Below the pieces are notes generated by a model, which saw nothing but the letters and a program-made list of their open reading frames with translations, had not been told where the DNA came from and did no database searches. Positions 46,644 through 55,397 of a stretch of DNA of 64,000 bases are shown piece by piece. The translations under genes and the position numbers were made by a program. Origin of the DNA: a virus; IMG/VR virus record IMGVR_UViG_3300028549_002288; one strand, 5' to 3'. Positions within the stretch are counted from its first letter, which is position 1; every line of letters starts with the position of its first letter.

Positions 46644-48227
46644 TCAGTAGACTACCGTATACGAGCTCGACGTGAGCCACATAACTTGGCTCAGTGCTAC
46701 TTTTAGCACCTCTAAAGGCACGTTCGACGGCTCAATGATGCCGTCCTCTAATGTGTTCGTGTAACCGCCTTTACAGAATACGGCCGGCATAATGGGGTAT
46801 TTATACTCCGTTATGTAATTAGCCCCTATTGACGTGTCGTTGTATAGGGCTTGTAAATAATCCTGCACCGCCGAATTTATCAGCCCCTTAGCCTTGTCTG
46901 ACAGAACGTCAGAATTGGTAGCTCTTTGCGCTATCTCAGCATACGCAGCGCCGCCGCCAGGCACTATTCCGAATTCTATTGCGCGCCTTACGGCCTTTAT
47001 CGTATCTTCGATACGGGTCGCGTGATAAGCTCGATCCTGGTAGTTTAACCCACCAACTTTAAAGACGTAATAAGCTCCGTCTAGATTGGCTATCGATCTC
47101 CTGATAACCGTTTTCTCCCTATATTGGAGATCTTTGTTCTCCAGAGCTTTGAACAGATATGTCTTCCTAGACTCTCTAGTTATTTCCGCCACATCCTTAT
47201 TGTCAACACCTTCGAAGATAACTCTGCTAGAGTTATATACGCCGTTACAAAGGCACAATGTTCCTTTGTTCTCGCCTACTTGACTAAAAGGAATTAGGCC
47301 AAGGTAAGATACGATGTCTTTTATCGTATTAACTTTTCTATCGCCGTAATCCGGCGCAGGAACGAACAGCACGTTGCTTTTAGTGCTTTTCGATATCCTG
47401 CTAGACATCTCTATAAGAGCATGTCTGTCGAACCCTGCGTTTTCTAAAATCAACAGAGTTGTCGCGCCCTCTGTTAAATTCATTATTATTTCCGGTAACA
47501 TATCGTCGTCGATCTCGTCTTTGACGACGCCGAGGAAGAAGTTACCGGAAATATCCTCCCCTGACATTGTTAACGGTCCTGATTTCAACAGAAATCCGTC
47601 AGCCCTTTCGACGCTATGCGTTTCTAGTTTTTTGACCGATATGTCGATCACCGCGTGTTGGTTTTCGTCAAAAATATCAGCAATAAGTTTACTGATAACG
47701 ACGTCTCCGTTAGAAGACACTAGAGCTATTTGCTCTAATTGGCCTTTCGTCAACGGTCTACTTAAACCGTTGATAGTCTCTTCTATAAATGAGATAAGAT
47801 TCCTTATCTCATTTTCACTTATTAAATTTTCCATGATGTGAGGATACCCTTCGTCGGGTACACCTTCGGTAATATTGCGTTCTTTCCGTATTGTGTTGTA
47901 TATGTGCGCACACATAGATGCCGTAAACACAACAGCCGACGTGGTGCCGTCGCCTGTTCTTTCCTCCTGAGTAACCACTGCGTTTAATAATTGCGCAATA
48001 GCTTTGTCGGAAAGTGTTTCCTCCGGCGTTCTGTGCTTGCTAACATATTCCGGCACCAACGCCGATAGAACAGTCAGGCCGTCTTTTGTCAATGTCACGT
48101 CGCCACGACCTAAAACTAAGTTTACGGAAGTGCCTAAAGGGCCTAGTGTCGACCCAACGATTTCAGCAATTTCTTGCATCTTCTTATTTACAATATCAAT
48201 TGTTTCTTTTGTATTGTATATTTTCAT
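46644..48227 (-). CDS. groEL: GroEL-like phage chaperonin
   Basis: STLGPLG, TKDGLTV, GDGTTSA, SSNGD, RIED.I.AVR.A...GIVPGGG. Confidence 0.9.
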   Translation of the reverse strand: MKIYNTKETIDIVNKKMQEIAEIVGSTLGPLGTSVNLVLGRGDVTLTKDGLTVLSALVPEYVSKHRTPEETLSDKAIAQLLNAVVTQEERTGDGTTSAVVFTASMCAHIYNTIRKERNITEGVPDEGYPHIMENLISENEIRNLISFIEETINGLSRPLTKGQLEQIALVSSNGDVVISKLIADIFDENQHAVIDISVKKLETHSVERADGFLLKSGPLTMSGEDISGNFFLGVVKDEIDDDMLPEIIMNLTEGATTLLILENAGFDRHALIEMSSRISKSTKSNVLFVPAPDYGDRKVNTIKDIVSYLGLIPFSQVGENKGTLCLCNGVYNSSRVIFEGVDNKDVAEITRESRKTYLFKALENKDLQYREKTVIRRSIANLDGAYYVFKVGGLNYQDRAYHATRIEDTIKAVRRAIEFGIVPGGGAAYAEIAQRATNSDVLSDKAKGLINSAVQDYLQALYNDTSIGANYITEYKYPIMPAVFCKGGYTNTLEDGIIEPSNVPLEVLKVALSQVMWLTSSSYTVVY

Positions 48228-48280
48228 TTTTTCTCCTTTGAAATTAAGTTCATTATTATTATATATGTGTATAAAAAAGA

Positions 48281-48318
48281 TAGAAATTACGAACAGTCAC
48301 CACTGTTCGTAATTTCTA
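48281..48318 (-). terminator. 17-bp stem hairpin over stop codon
   Basis: tagaaattacgaacagt-cacc-actgttcgtaatttcta. Confidence 0.75.
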
Positions 48319-49562
48319 ATAAACATCACTATCTTAGTTATACTATTTTTACTACTCCCAGAGTACACGGAAAATGTACCTATAACCGTACCAGTAAGTT
48401 TATCAACTTCGCCGGACAGGTTTTCGTACACATACGTAACACTCATTCCTGGAAATATCAAATCCGGGTTACTATTAAACCAAGTGACGGTAACAACCAT
48501 CCCTTGTCTGGATAATACTTTAGATTGCGGATGATAGTAGTTATTTGTTAAAACGACTTCTGACGGTTTAACCACTCCATCTTTTTTCTTTTCGTGCACC
48601 ATCGTCGTTCTGACATTGGACGGTTTAATATTTACTTTACCATCTTTAACCTCGTGTGCTCTTTTCGCAATCGTATCAGAATCTACAACTTCAATCGCAT
48701 TCCCGTGGTCCATAGCAGATTCGTGCATTCTATCGTTGATAGCGTTGTCGTCGCCTACTATTATCTCCAGCAGACTGCTGGAGTCTACATAAGATTTAGT
48801 TAAGACCTTCGCTTCGTCAGAAGACAACGACACAACTTTCAGTTTTTTTGTCGTCGAGTCGAGCCTGTACGGAGGGAAGATATAAATAACGTCATTTGTC
48901 CCCGCTCTTTGAAGGTAAGTAGCTACACTTCCATTATAGATACCGAATTCGCCTTCTTGAAGTATTTTGGCTATATTAAAAATAGTTCTTCCAGATGGTA
49001 TTATCATGCTTGGATATTTTCTTTGATTATCGGCTTTTGCCATTACCAGTTTCAATTCTCCACGTGTTTTCACATCGTCTTTTATATCGTTAAAAGATGA
49101 CGATATTGCGTCCGATACTGTACCATCTTTTATTACAAATGGCTCTATATTAACGGCTCTTAAATTATACACTGCGGGATTTATTAGTTGAAATTCTATG
49201 ACCGCCATCCGATTTTTTGATTCTGTTGTATCTCTAAGATCCGCGTTGTCTTTAGATCCCTTCCCGGAGTTTAATACTGCTTTTAGCTTTTGTTGGTGCT
49301 TGACACTATTTATCTTGTATGTCAATATCGCTTCCAAATTAGCTCTGTAGGTCCAAATATTTCGGTAATCACTTACGCTAAATGTTGCCCTGACATATAC
49401 ATAGTCGCCGTAACTCTCGAGATATGCTCTTTTTGTCACTACTTCTTCTATAACAAGCGACTTGTACTGCTCGTCGTTAGCTATCACTGTCATGGAATAT
49501 TCAATCGTGGCGCCTTCCGACTTGTCGAATATTCTTTGTTTTTCAGAATCTAGTCCTGGCAT
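48297..49562 (-). CDS. phiKZ-like virion/baseplate protein (gp101-like, 421 aa)
   Basis: DY.Y...D..Y, DN......IIP.G, GIY.G....YLQ, W.NSNPDLIFPGM.V motifs as recalled. Confidence 0.55.
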   Translation of the reverse strand: MPGLDSEKQRIFDKSEGATIEYSMTVIANDEQYKSLVIEEVVTKRAYLESYGDYVYVRATFSVSDYRNIWTYRANLEAILTYKINSVKHQQKLKAVLNSGKGSKDNADLRDTTESKNRMAVIEFQLINPAVYNLRAVNIEPFVIKDGTVSDAISSSFNDIKDDVKTRGELKLVMAKADNQRKYPSMIIPSGRTIFNIAKILQEGEFGIYNGSVATYLQRAGTNDVIYIFPPYRLDSTTKKLKVVSLSSDEAKVLTKSYVDSSSLLEIIVGDDNAINDRMHESAMDHGNAIEVVDSDTIAKRAHEVKDGKVNIKPSNVRTTMVHEKKKDGVVKPSEVVLTNNYYHPQSKVLSRQGMVVTVTWFNSNPDLIFPGMSVTYVYENLSGEVDKLTGTVIGTFSVYSGSSKNSITKIVMFIRNYEQW

Positions 49563-50167
49563 TACCAGTCCCCGAACCCGCGATGAATAAAGCCAGCGAC
49601 ATTTTGCACAGTAGTCTTAATATCCTCTTCTTTAAAGCTATTGTCTTCATTTTCTGGAAACCAATACTTAGAGCGAAAATCACTAGTAGTGATTTTTCTT
49701 ATACTATTACTATTAGTGATAACATCATTTAGATAAACATCCGAGCGCTCAGCGTTCCTTTTTCTGTTAATTCTATTAACAAGCATTTCTGTGTTTAAAT
49801 CGCTAATGTTGTACTGTAGCCGATCTAATGACAAATTGGTAGCTTTATTGAAAGCCCCCATGTAGTATGCTTCTTCTATCGACCGAAAACTATGTATAGC
49901 CTCGAGGTAATCGTTAACGATATCAAATATTTTGTAGTACGTGTCGTCGGCTGACGACACAGATACAAAGAGATTGTTCTCTTGTAATAATAGTATATCT
50001 ATTATTGTACATTTTGTGTCTATATATCCTTCTCTTTTGACTTCGGAACCATCTATCATGTCGACTTCGCTAGGGACATTTCCGCCTATTAGAGATATCC
50101 CCTCGGCTGTCGTTTGAATGTCGTAGATTTGTGTTCGAATCTCATTTACTAATTTTACTATGTTCAT
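49562..50167 (-). CDS. Conserved phiKZ-like hypothetical protein (201 aa)
   Basis: Likely start ATG 50167 after AGGAG (track TTG at 50185 has no SD). Confidence 0.6.
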   Translation of the reverse strand: MNIVKLVNEIRTQIYDIQTTAEGISLIGGNVPSEVDMIDGSEVKREGYIDTKCTIIDILLLQENNLFVSVSSADDTYYKIFDIVNDYLEAIHSFRSIEEAYYMGAFNKATNLSLDRLQYNISDLNTEMLVNRINRKRNAERSDVYLNDVITNSNSIRKITTSDFRSKYWFPENEDNSFKEEDIKTTVQNVAGFIHRGFGDW

Positions 50168-51308
50168 TTCTTTTTCTCCTAACAAAGTCTCTAATTAAAA
50201 GAATTATTAGAAACAAATCGTGCATATTGCATTTGCCCCATTTCACAATTCCAATTAATCTTTTAACATTAGCCGTATCTATCACGGTGCCTTTCAAGAC
50301 TGCGTCGATAGAACTATCCACGATACCTGTTTCGTCTAAGAACGCACTATCATCGAGTATCGGATATGTCTTCGTTAAGTCATTTATATTCTTATACACC
50401 TCTACATACTTCGTGATGCCGTGCGCTGCAGTATCGACCACGTATGAATCTGCGAGACAAAAGTACTTTTCCTGTATCTCGATATTATTATCCGTATCAT
50501 AAAGAGAATCAAAAATTGTAACGTTTTTATTCTCATATCCCTTACCGATGCCAAAGGAGAACTCATGACTTTCGATATTTACCATAGACATAAGTTTGTC
50601 AATTACCGGGTCGGTTATAACGTCCGCATTCTTATCGTCGTATAAATATCTAAACGCGGAGGTGTCGTAGTACTCCCTATTGAACCTATTAACAAAATTC
50701 GTAAACTCTTTTTCTAGTTCGGCTATTTCGTTAACTATAGAAGTTTTCAGTAGCTTGTTTTGACCATATACACTGCTGTCGTAGGTGTACGATTCTGTAA
50801 CTCTATTTTTTAGAGAAACGAATCTATCTATAGATTCTGTAATAAAACTATCTAGAACATATGATATTTTATAAATGGTTTTAAAATCATATGTAGCTTT
50901 TGTTACTTCTGTAACAAGTAACATAACGTCTCTGTCGCCTATAACTGAAACGATAATGTCCCCTTTCTGAGCCACAATTCCTAGATGGACGTAAGCGGAC
51001 CCTAAAACTCCGTCGGCGTTTGGCGATAGTATTTCTAGATCATCAGTTACGAACAACAAAGCCTTTTCAACGCATATAAACATCGCGTCGACTATGGAGG
51101 AGGATGAATCGAAGCCTACTTCGTCGCTTGTGGCTGATTTGATTCTGTTATAGTACGTGACGACCTGTTTCTTTCCCGGTAGGTTCGAAGTTATAACATC
51201 TTCTATGTTAGCCTCATCGGTTCTTACTGTCGGTTTTGTATTTGTAGTGTCGCTAACGCCAGGACTTATTGCGTCGATGTTAAATTCTTCCTCAGTTACT
51301 AACGGCAT
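50142..51308 (-). CDS. phiKZ-like virion structural protein (388 aa)
   Basis: VTYY, G.AYV..G...KGD.....G, V.EV.K.T...TIY.I.Y patterns as recalled. Confidence 0.55.
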   Translation of the reverse strand: MPLVTEEEFNIDAISPGVSDTTNTKPTVRTDEANIEDVITSNLPGKKQVVTYYNRIKSATSDEVGFDSSSSIVDAMFICVEKALLFVTDDLEILSPNADGVLGSAYVHLGIVAQKGDIIVSVIGDRDVMLLVTEVTKATYDFKTIYKISYVLDSFITESIDRFVSLKNRVTESYTYDSSVYGQNKLLKTSIVNEIAELEKEFTNFVNRFNREYYDTSAFRYLYDDKNADVITDPVIDKLMSMVNIESHEFSFGIGKGYENKNVTIFDSLYDTDNNIEIQEKYFCLADSYVVDTAAHGITKYVEVYKNINDLTKTYPILDDSAFLDETGIVDSSIDAVLKGTVIDTANVKRLIGIVKWGKCNMHDLFLIILLIRDFVRRKRNEHSKISK

Positions 51309-52090
51309 TGTTGTATATCTCCTTTTAAACTATTATTATATGCTGTGATTGTCCGGACTATTAATCCTATCATTATGACTTTATTAAGAACTGCAACAAC
51401 TTCGCTTGCTAAAGTTACTTTGTCTATCTCGTTCAAGATTGTATTTAACATCTCGCCGGTGAACGCCGTTGTAGTGTCTATAAACCCAATGTATCCTATG
51501 TTTTCGTTGGTAGAGTATATCTTATTTTCTCTTTTTATTCTATCATCACTGATAAAATAGTTATATTCCCCTATCGTGACTTTTACATCCCACGGGACGC
51601 CCATTATTATCTCGTTGATACCTTTAACCAATCTATCGGTTATTGTCTCTATCCTTTCGTCGCCTGACATAAAAAACAATTTTATACTAGCCGGAATGTT
51701 GCTATTCCTATGTCTGAAATCGCCATCTTGATTAATTTTATTAATCGCTAATACCATATCGAACATATTATATTCATAATGATCTGTTTGATCGGACATA
51801 GCAGAAAACGACTCTCCTATTTCGCGTACCATAAATTTTTTCACGAAATCAATTAACGCAATTTCCCTCTCTCTATGTATATTGGTTAGGATATCTAGTA
51901 TAGGCCGAATATCCTCTTTTTTAAGATTTTTAATCTTGTTTTCATCGTAGTTTGCTTTTACTACTTTAATCAACCGAAGTATTTCGGAACTATCTTTAGC
52001 ACTTGCTATGGAGCTTGAAATCTTTTCATGCGCTTCTATAGCTTCGATCATATCCTTATAATCACTACCTATTGTCATATGTCTGAGCAT
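51299..52090 (-). CDS. Hypothetical protein (263 aa)
   Basis: AAGGA SD; ORF track. Confidence 0.7.
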   Translation of the reverse strand: MLRHMTIGSDYKDMIEAIEAHEKISSSIASAKDSSEILRLIKVVKANYDENKIKNLKKEDIRPILDILTNIHREREIALIDFVKKFMVREIGESFSAMSDQTDHYEYNMFDMVLAINKINQDGDFRHRNSNIPASIKLFFMSGDERIETITDRLVKGINEIIMGVPWDVKVTIGEYNYFISDDRIKRENKIYSTNENIGYIGFIDTTTAFTGEMLNTILNEIDKVTLASEVVAVLNKVIMIGLIVRTITAYNNSLKGDIQQCR

Positions 52091-52146
52091 ATTTATCCTT
52101 CTTAATTATATATATCAAAAAAATGTAAATAGGACTAATTTTAGTC

Positions 52147-53598
52147 CTATCCCCTAACAGCGGTAAGTGTCGATTTCATAATTTCGACACTGAAAGGCTG
52201 ATTGATGGTGGTAGTTGTATTTATATATAGCGACGAGCCGTGCACAGGGACATTGTCCTTTAACAATATAGACAAAGCAGTATTTAATAAATACTCATTT
52301 TCTAATATAGCCTTTATTGAAAAATTATAATTCCCGTTCATAGAATTCCCGGAAACCATATCTATATAGTTAAGACCATTTATAAGCCCAAAACTATCAG
52401 GTATTGTGATAATAACCCTGGCGATATTCTCTTTATTAATCAAGTCTGGATTTACAATGATAACATTTAGATTTTCATCTATTCGTACGGTAACCATCAC
52501 ATACTCGTCTCCTATAAGAACCCTCACTTTGAAAAACATTTCACCAATAGCGATCCCGTTCGCCACACAGTATTCGATATATCGCAAAATCTCCGGACTA
52601 AAATAGAAACCGGCACTAGCGTCCCTAAGGTTAAATAGTATATTAGTATCGTCGAATGTCACCAACATACTAAAAATTATCCGTTCTCCGGGTATAGTAA
52701 TTGGCACATTTATATCTTGACTAGGGTTCGTGACATATGTCTTTGTTTCAAGCAAATCCCTCATTTCAGCTTCGCTTATTACATTAAAAAGATCGTTATG
52801 TAATCTTCTATTATAAGCGATGAGCTGATATTCCAGAGATAAATATGATGGTAATATAACATGGTATTTGGCGGTAAATACAGCTCTATAGTATCCGGTA
52901 GCGTTATCATATGTTATTTTTGCTAGACTTTCGCTTATCATGTATTGAACCTGCACATTAGGGTTTGTTTTTCTGTACCCGAACGCTCCAAATTTCTCCG
53001 GATCTTTGGAATTTGCTTCATATACCACATCTGTACTGGCATTCCTTGCTATGTAATCAGCAATATATATCGTATCCTCTGGATATAGTTTATTTCTGTT
53101 ATAATGTAAGTTAGAAATCAATTTCATAACAAACACTGGAAACGAATAGTATACGCTTATATCTTCGATTACTCTGTTTATGGTTTTAACTTGAAATAAG
53201 TATACTAACGATCTAAATCTTCCTATTTCGGATTTATTTTTAGAATACATATTAAAGCTAACACTCTTCGCATATAAGTGAGAAATAGGCCTTACGTAAC
53301 ATTGAGCTGATTTATCCATAAATACTGGGGCTTCTGCTTTAGTTCGCAATAAGATATCGGACAAAAGATCAGGACTCGTTTCGTCTTGACCAAGTATGTT
53401 TATAAATGTGTCCGGTTTAGAGACAAATTTATCTACCCTTAATTTAACGTTACCTCTTCTATCGCTCTCTTCTAGTTCTTCGTTGTAAGAGATAACGAGG
53501 TCGTTATACGGCCCTAATTTCGTTAAAGTCTCTCGCGAAACCTGTTCCAGTATCGCTAGATCATCATGTCTACTAAAGACAGGGATTAACAAATCCAT
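52147..53598 (-). CDS. phiKZ-like virion structural protein (483 aa)
   Basis: VRPIS.LYA, Y...F...Y....P..L.L.Y.L...N..L patterns as recalled. Confidence 0.55.
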   Translation of the reverse strand: MDLLIPVFSRHDDLAILEQVSRETLTKLGPYNDLVISYNEELEESDRRGNVKLRVDKFVSKPDTFINILGQDETSPDLLSDILLRTKAEAPVFMDKSAQCYVRPISHLYAKSVSFNMYSKNKSEIGRFRSLVYLFQVKTINRVIEDISVYYSFPVFVMKLISNLHYNRNKLYPEDTIYIADYIARNASTDVVYEANSKDPEKFGAFGYRKTNPNVQVQYMISESLAKITYDNATGYYRAVFTAKYHVILPSYLSLEYQLIAYNRRLHNDLFNVISEAEMRDLLETKTYVTNPSQDINVPITIPGERIIFSMLVTFDDTNILFNLRDASAGFYFSPEILRYIEYCVANGIAIGEMFFKVRVLIGDEYVMVTVRIDENLNVIIVNPDLINKENIARVIITIPDSFGLINGLNYIDMVSGNSMNGNYNFSIKAILENEYLLNTALSILLKDNVPVHGSSLYINTTTTINQPFSVEIMKSTLTAVRG

Positions 53599-53599
53599 C

Positions 53600-54100
53600 T
53601 CAATATCTTTTCAATGCTTTTATTACATCTACGGTCTGATCAAAACCAAACATAGTTATTAACGTAAACATGGCATCTATGTGTACATTTATATCACTGA
53701 CCGTGGGGTTAGTATATATATCCCTTAGGAGCGTATTGGATACGTTCCAATGATTATCTGTCAGGTCCGCGATTTCGAAATTTATTGTAGCCAGAGAGGT
53801 TTCTAAGTCGTATTGACTTTCATATTCTTTACGAACATTATTCTTTTTCTCGTCTATTTTTTTTAAAAGATTTATTGTTGCGTTTCTCAATGTGAAATTT
53901 ATACCTTCGGTAACTGCTATCTTATTTAAAAATGACAGAATATCGGTGTTATATCCTATTTTACCTTGGTAGTAAAACTTAAACAGTTTCTTGGTCTTTT
54001 CGACCACACATTCCGTATTTTTTATATCGCTAGCTTCTAACGATATGTGCGCTAGTCTTTTACCACCGAATGGTTCTCTATCTTCGTATGTTCCTAACAT
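53600..54100 (-). CDS. Hypothetical protein (166 aa)
   Basis: AGGAG SD at 54109-54113. Confidence 0.75.
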   Translation of the reverse strand: MLGTYEDREPFGGKRLAHISLEASDIKNTECVVEKTKKLFKFYYQGKIGYNTDILSFLNKIAVTEGINFTLRNATINLLKKIDEKKNNVRKEYESQYDLETSLATINFEIADLTDNHWNVSNTLLRDIYTNPTVSDINVHIDAMFTLITMFGFDQTVDVIKALKRY

Positions 54101-54179
54101 GCTATTTTCTCCTAACTGTTTTTTATCAATAAAACAGTTAGGAGAAAATAGCGAGGTCCTTTACGGACCTCGCTATTTT
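54101..54179 (-). promoter_or_regulatory. Overlapping hairpins: terminator (54145-54179) and 22-bp SD-sequestering stem (54101-54152) with TTGATAAA at the loop
   Basis: Perfect inverted repeats read directly; they share 54145-54152 and are mutually exclusive. Confidence 0.75.
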
Positions 54180-55384
54180 TAAACAATGGCGTTTACTAAT
54201 TTTGCTCCGCCTGTCATTGTTGATAAAACTGAGTCGACGTAGTTGAGATATAGTCTTACATATTGACTTGCCAATGATGTGGCTAGACCCGCTCTTTGCT
54301 CGGATTTTCCTTGAGCCTCAAACATTTTGTTCAAGTCTTGTTTGATACTTTCGTATCCTTTATCGAGAAGATGTTTAGCATTTTTACTAATGCTTACTAG
54401 CTGATCGTATGTCATCCCTATCGTTTGTACATCCGGACCACCTGGGTTCATTCCTTCGAGGGAAAGTTTAACAGTCACGTTCTTGATGTTTTTTTCGTTT
54501 ACAACGATAACGGACACGTTCTTGCCTTTAACAGCATATGGAACTGCACATTTGAAATCGTTCTTTTCGATCTTCTCATCGGCGTTTTTGTTTACAAACA
54601 CTTTGACGTCTGGTAGACCTGCTAAAAAGGCGTTTGATTTCTTTCCCCAACCTGCTGGGTTACTAATGATTTCAGATGGTTTATACCCCCACGGTGTTTG
54701 ATCCGTGATTTTACCCAGGTAAGCGGCGAATATGTTATCATTAAACGCATTAACATTCGCATGGCCGTAAGATGGAAATCTATTATCTAGAATAGATAAT
54801 ACGGAACTGTCAATATTGCCGTCTTTTCCTTCGGTCTTAGCGTCGAATTTTTTCACGGCGTCTTTTAAATCATCGATATCATTCATATACGACCCGATCA
54901 TTTTTTTGATGCTAATGGTTGTTTTCTTAACTTGGTTCATTACGTCAGCAAAGATTTTAACCAAGATCGCCTGGACTTTAGAAAGCACTCCGTCCTTAGC
55001 CATCAGGATTATGTCTCCTGAACGAGTACCGCTTTTTGACAAGGTCGTCACTTCCGAGTATGTGAATACATCGTACTCTGGGTCGAGATCTTTTGCAAGT
55101 AAAGATATAGCTTGCGCTTCGATTTCACCGCCTTGATACCCGCCCTCGTTCTGTCTAATTTTAGACATTTCGATGATTTGCGAATAAGCGGCCCACATGT
55201 TCGCCTCCACTTCCATTCTAGCTAGAAGACTGACGTCTTCTGTTGCCTCTACGACTCCGCCCGCAGTCTCTATATCTGTGTAATAGGATAGCGTTAACGG
55301 TAAATGACGTTCGTCGTCGTCAATCTCCAAAGATCTATCTTGAACGGAAGATAATCTTCCTTCATTGTATATAATGTCAAACAT
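54179..55384 (-). CDS. Internal head protein, phiKZ-like paralogous family (401 aa)
   Basis: Acidic N-terminal propeptide-like region with a GG motif followed by an amphipathic helix; in tandem with similar genes. Confidence 0.55.
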   Translation of the reverse strand: MFDIIYNEGRLSSVQDRSLEIDDDERHLPLTLSYYTDIETAGGVVEATEDVSLLARMEVEANMWAAYSQIIEMSKIRQNEGGYQGGEIEAQAISLLAKDLDPEYDVFTYSEVTTLSKSGTRSGDIILMAKDGVLSKVQAILVKIFADVMNQVKKTTISIKKMIGSYMNDIDDLKDAVKKFDAKTEGKDGNIDSSVLSILDNRFPSYGHANVNAFNDNIFAAYLGKITDQTPWGYKPSEIISNPAGWGKKSNAFLAGLPDVKVFVNKNADEKIEKNDFKCAVPYAVKGKNVSVIVVNEKNIKNVTVKLSLEGMNPGGPDVQTIGMTYDQLVSISKNAKHLLDKGYESIKQDLNKMFEAQGKSEQRAGLATSLASQYVRLYLNYVDSVLSTMTGGAKLVNAIV

Positions 55385-55397
55385 GTTTTACCTTTTT

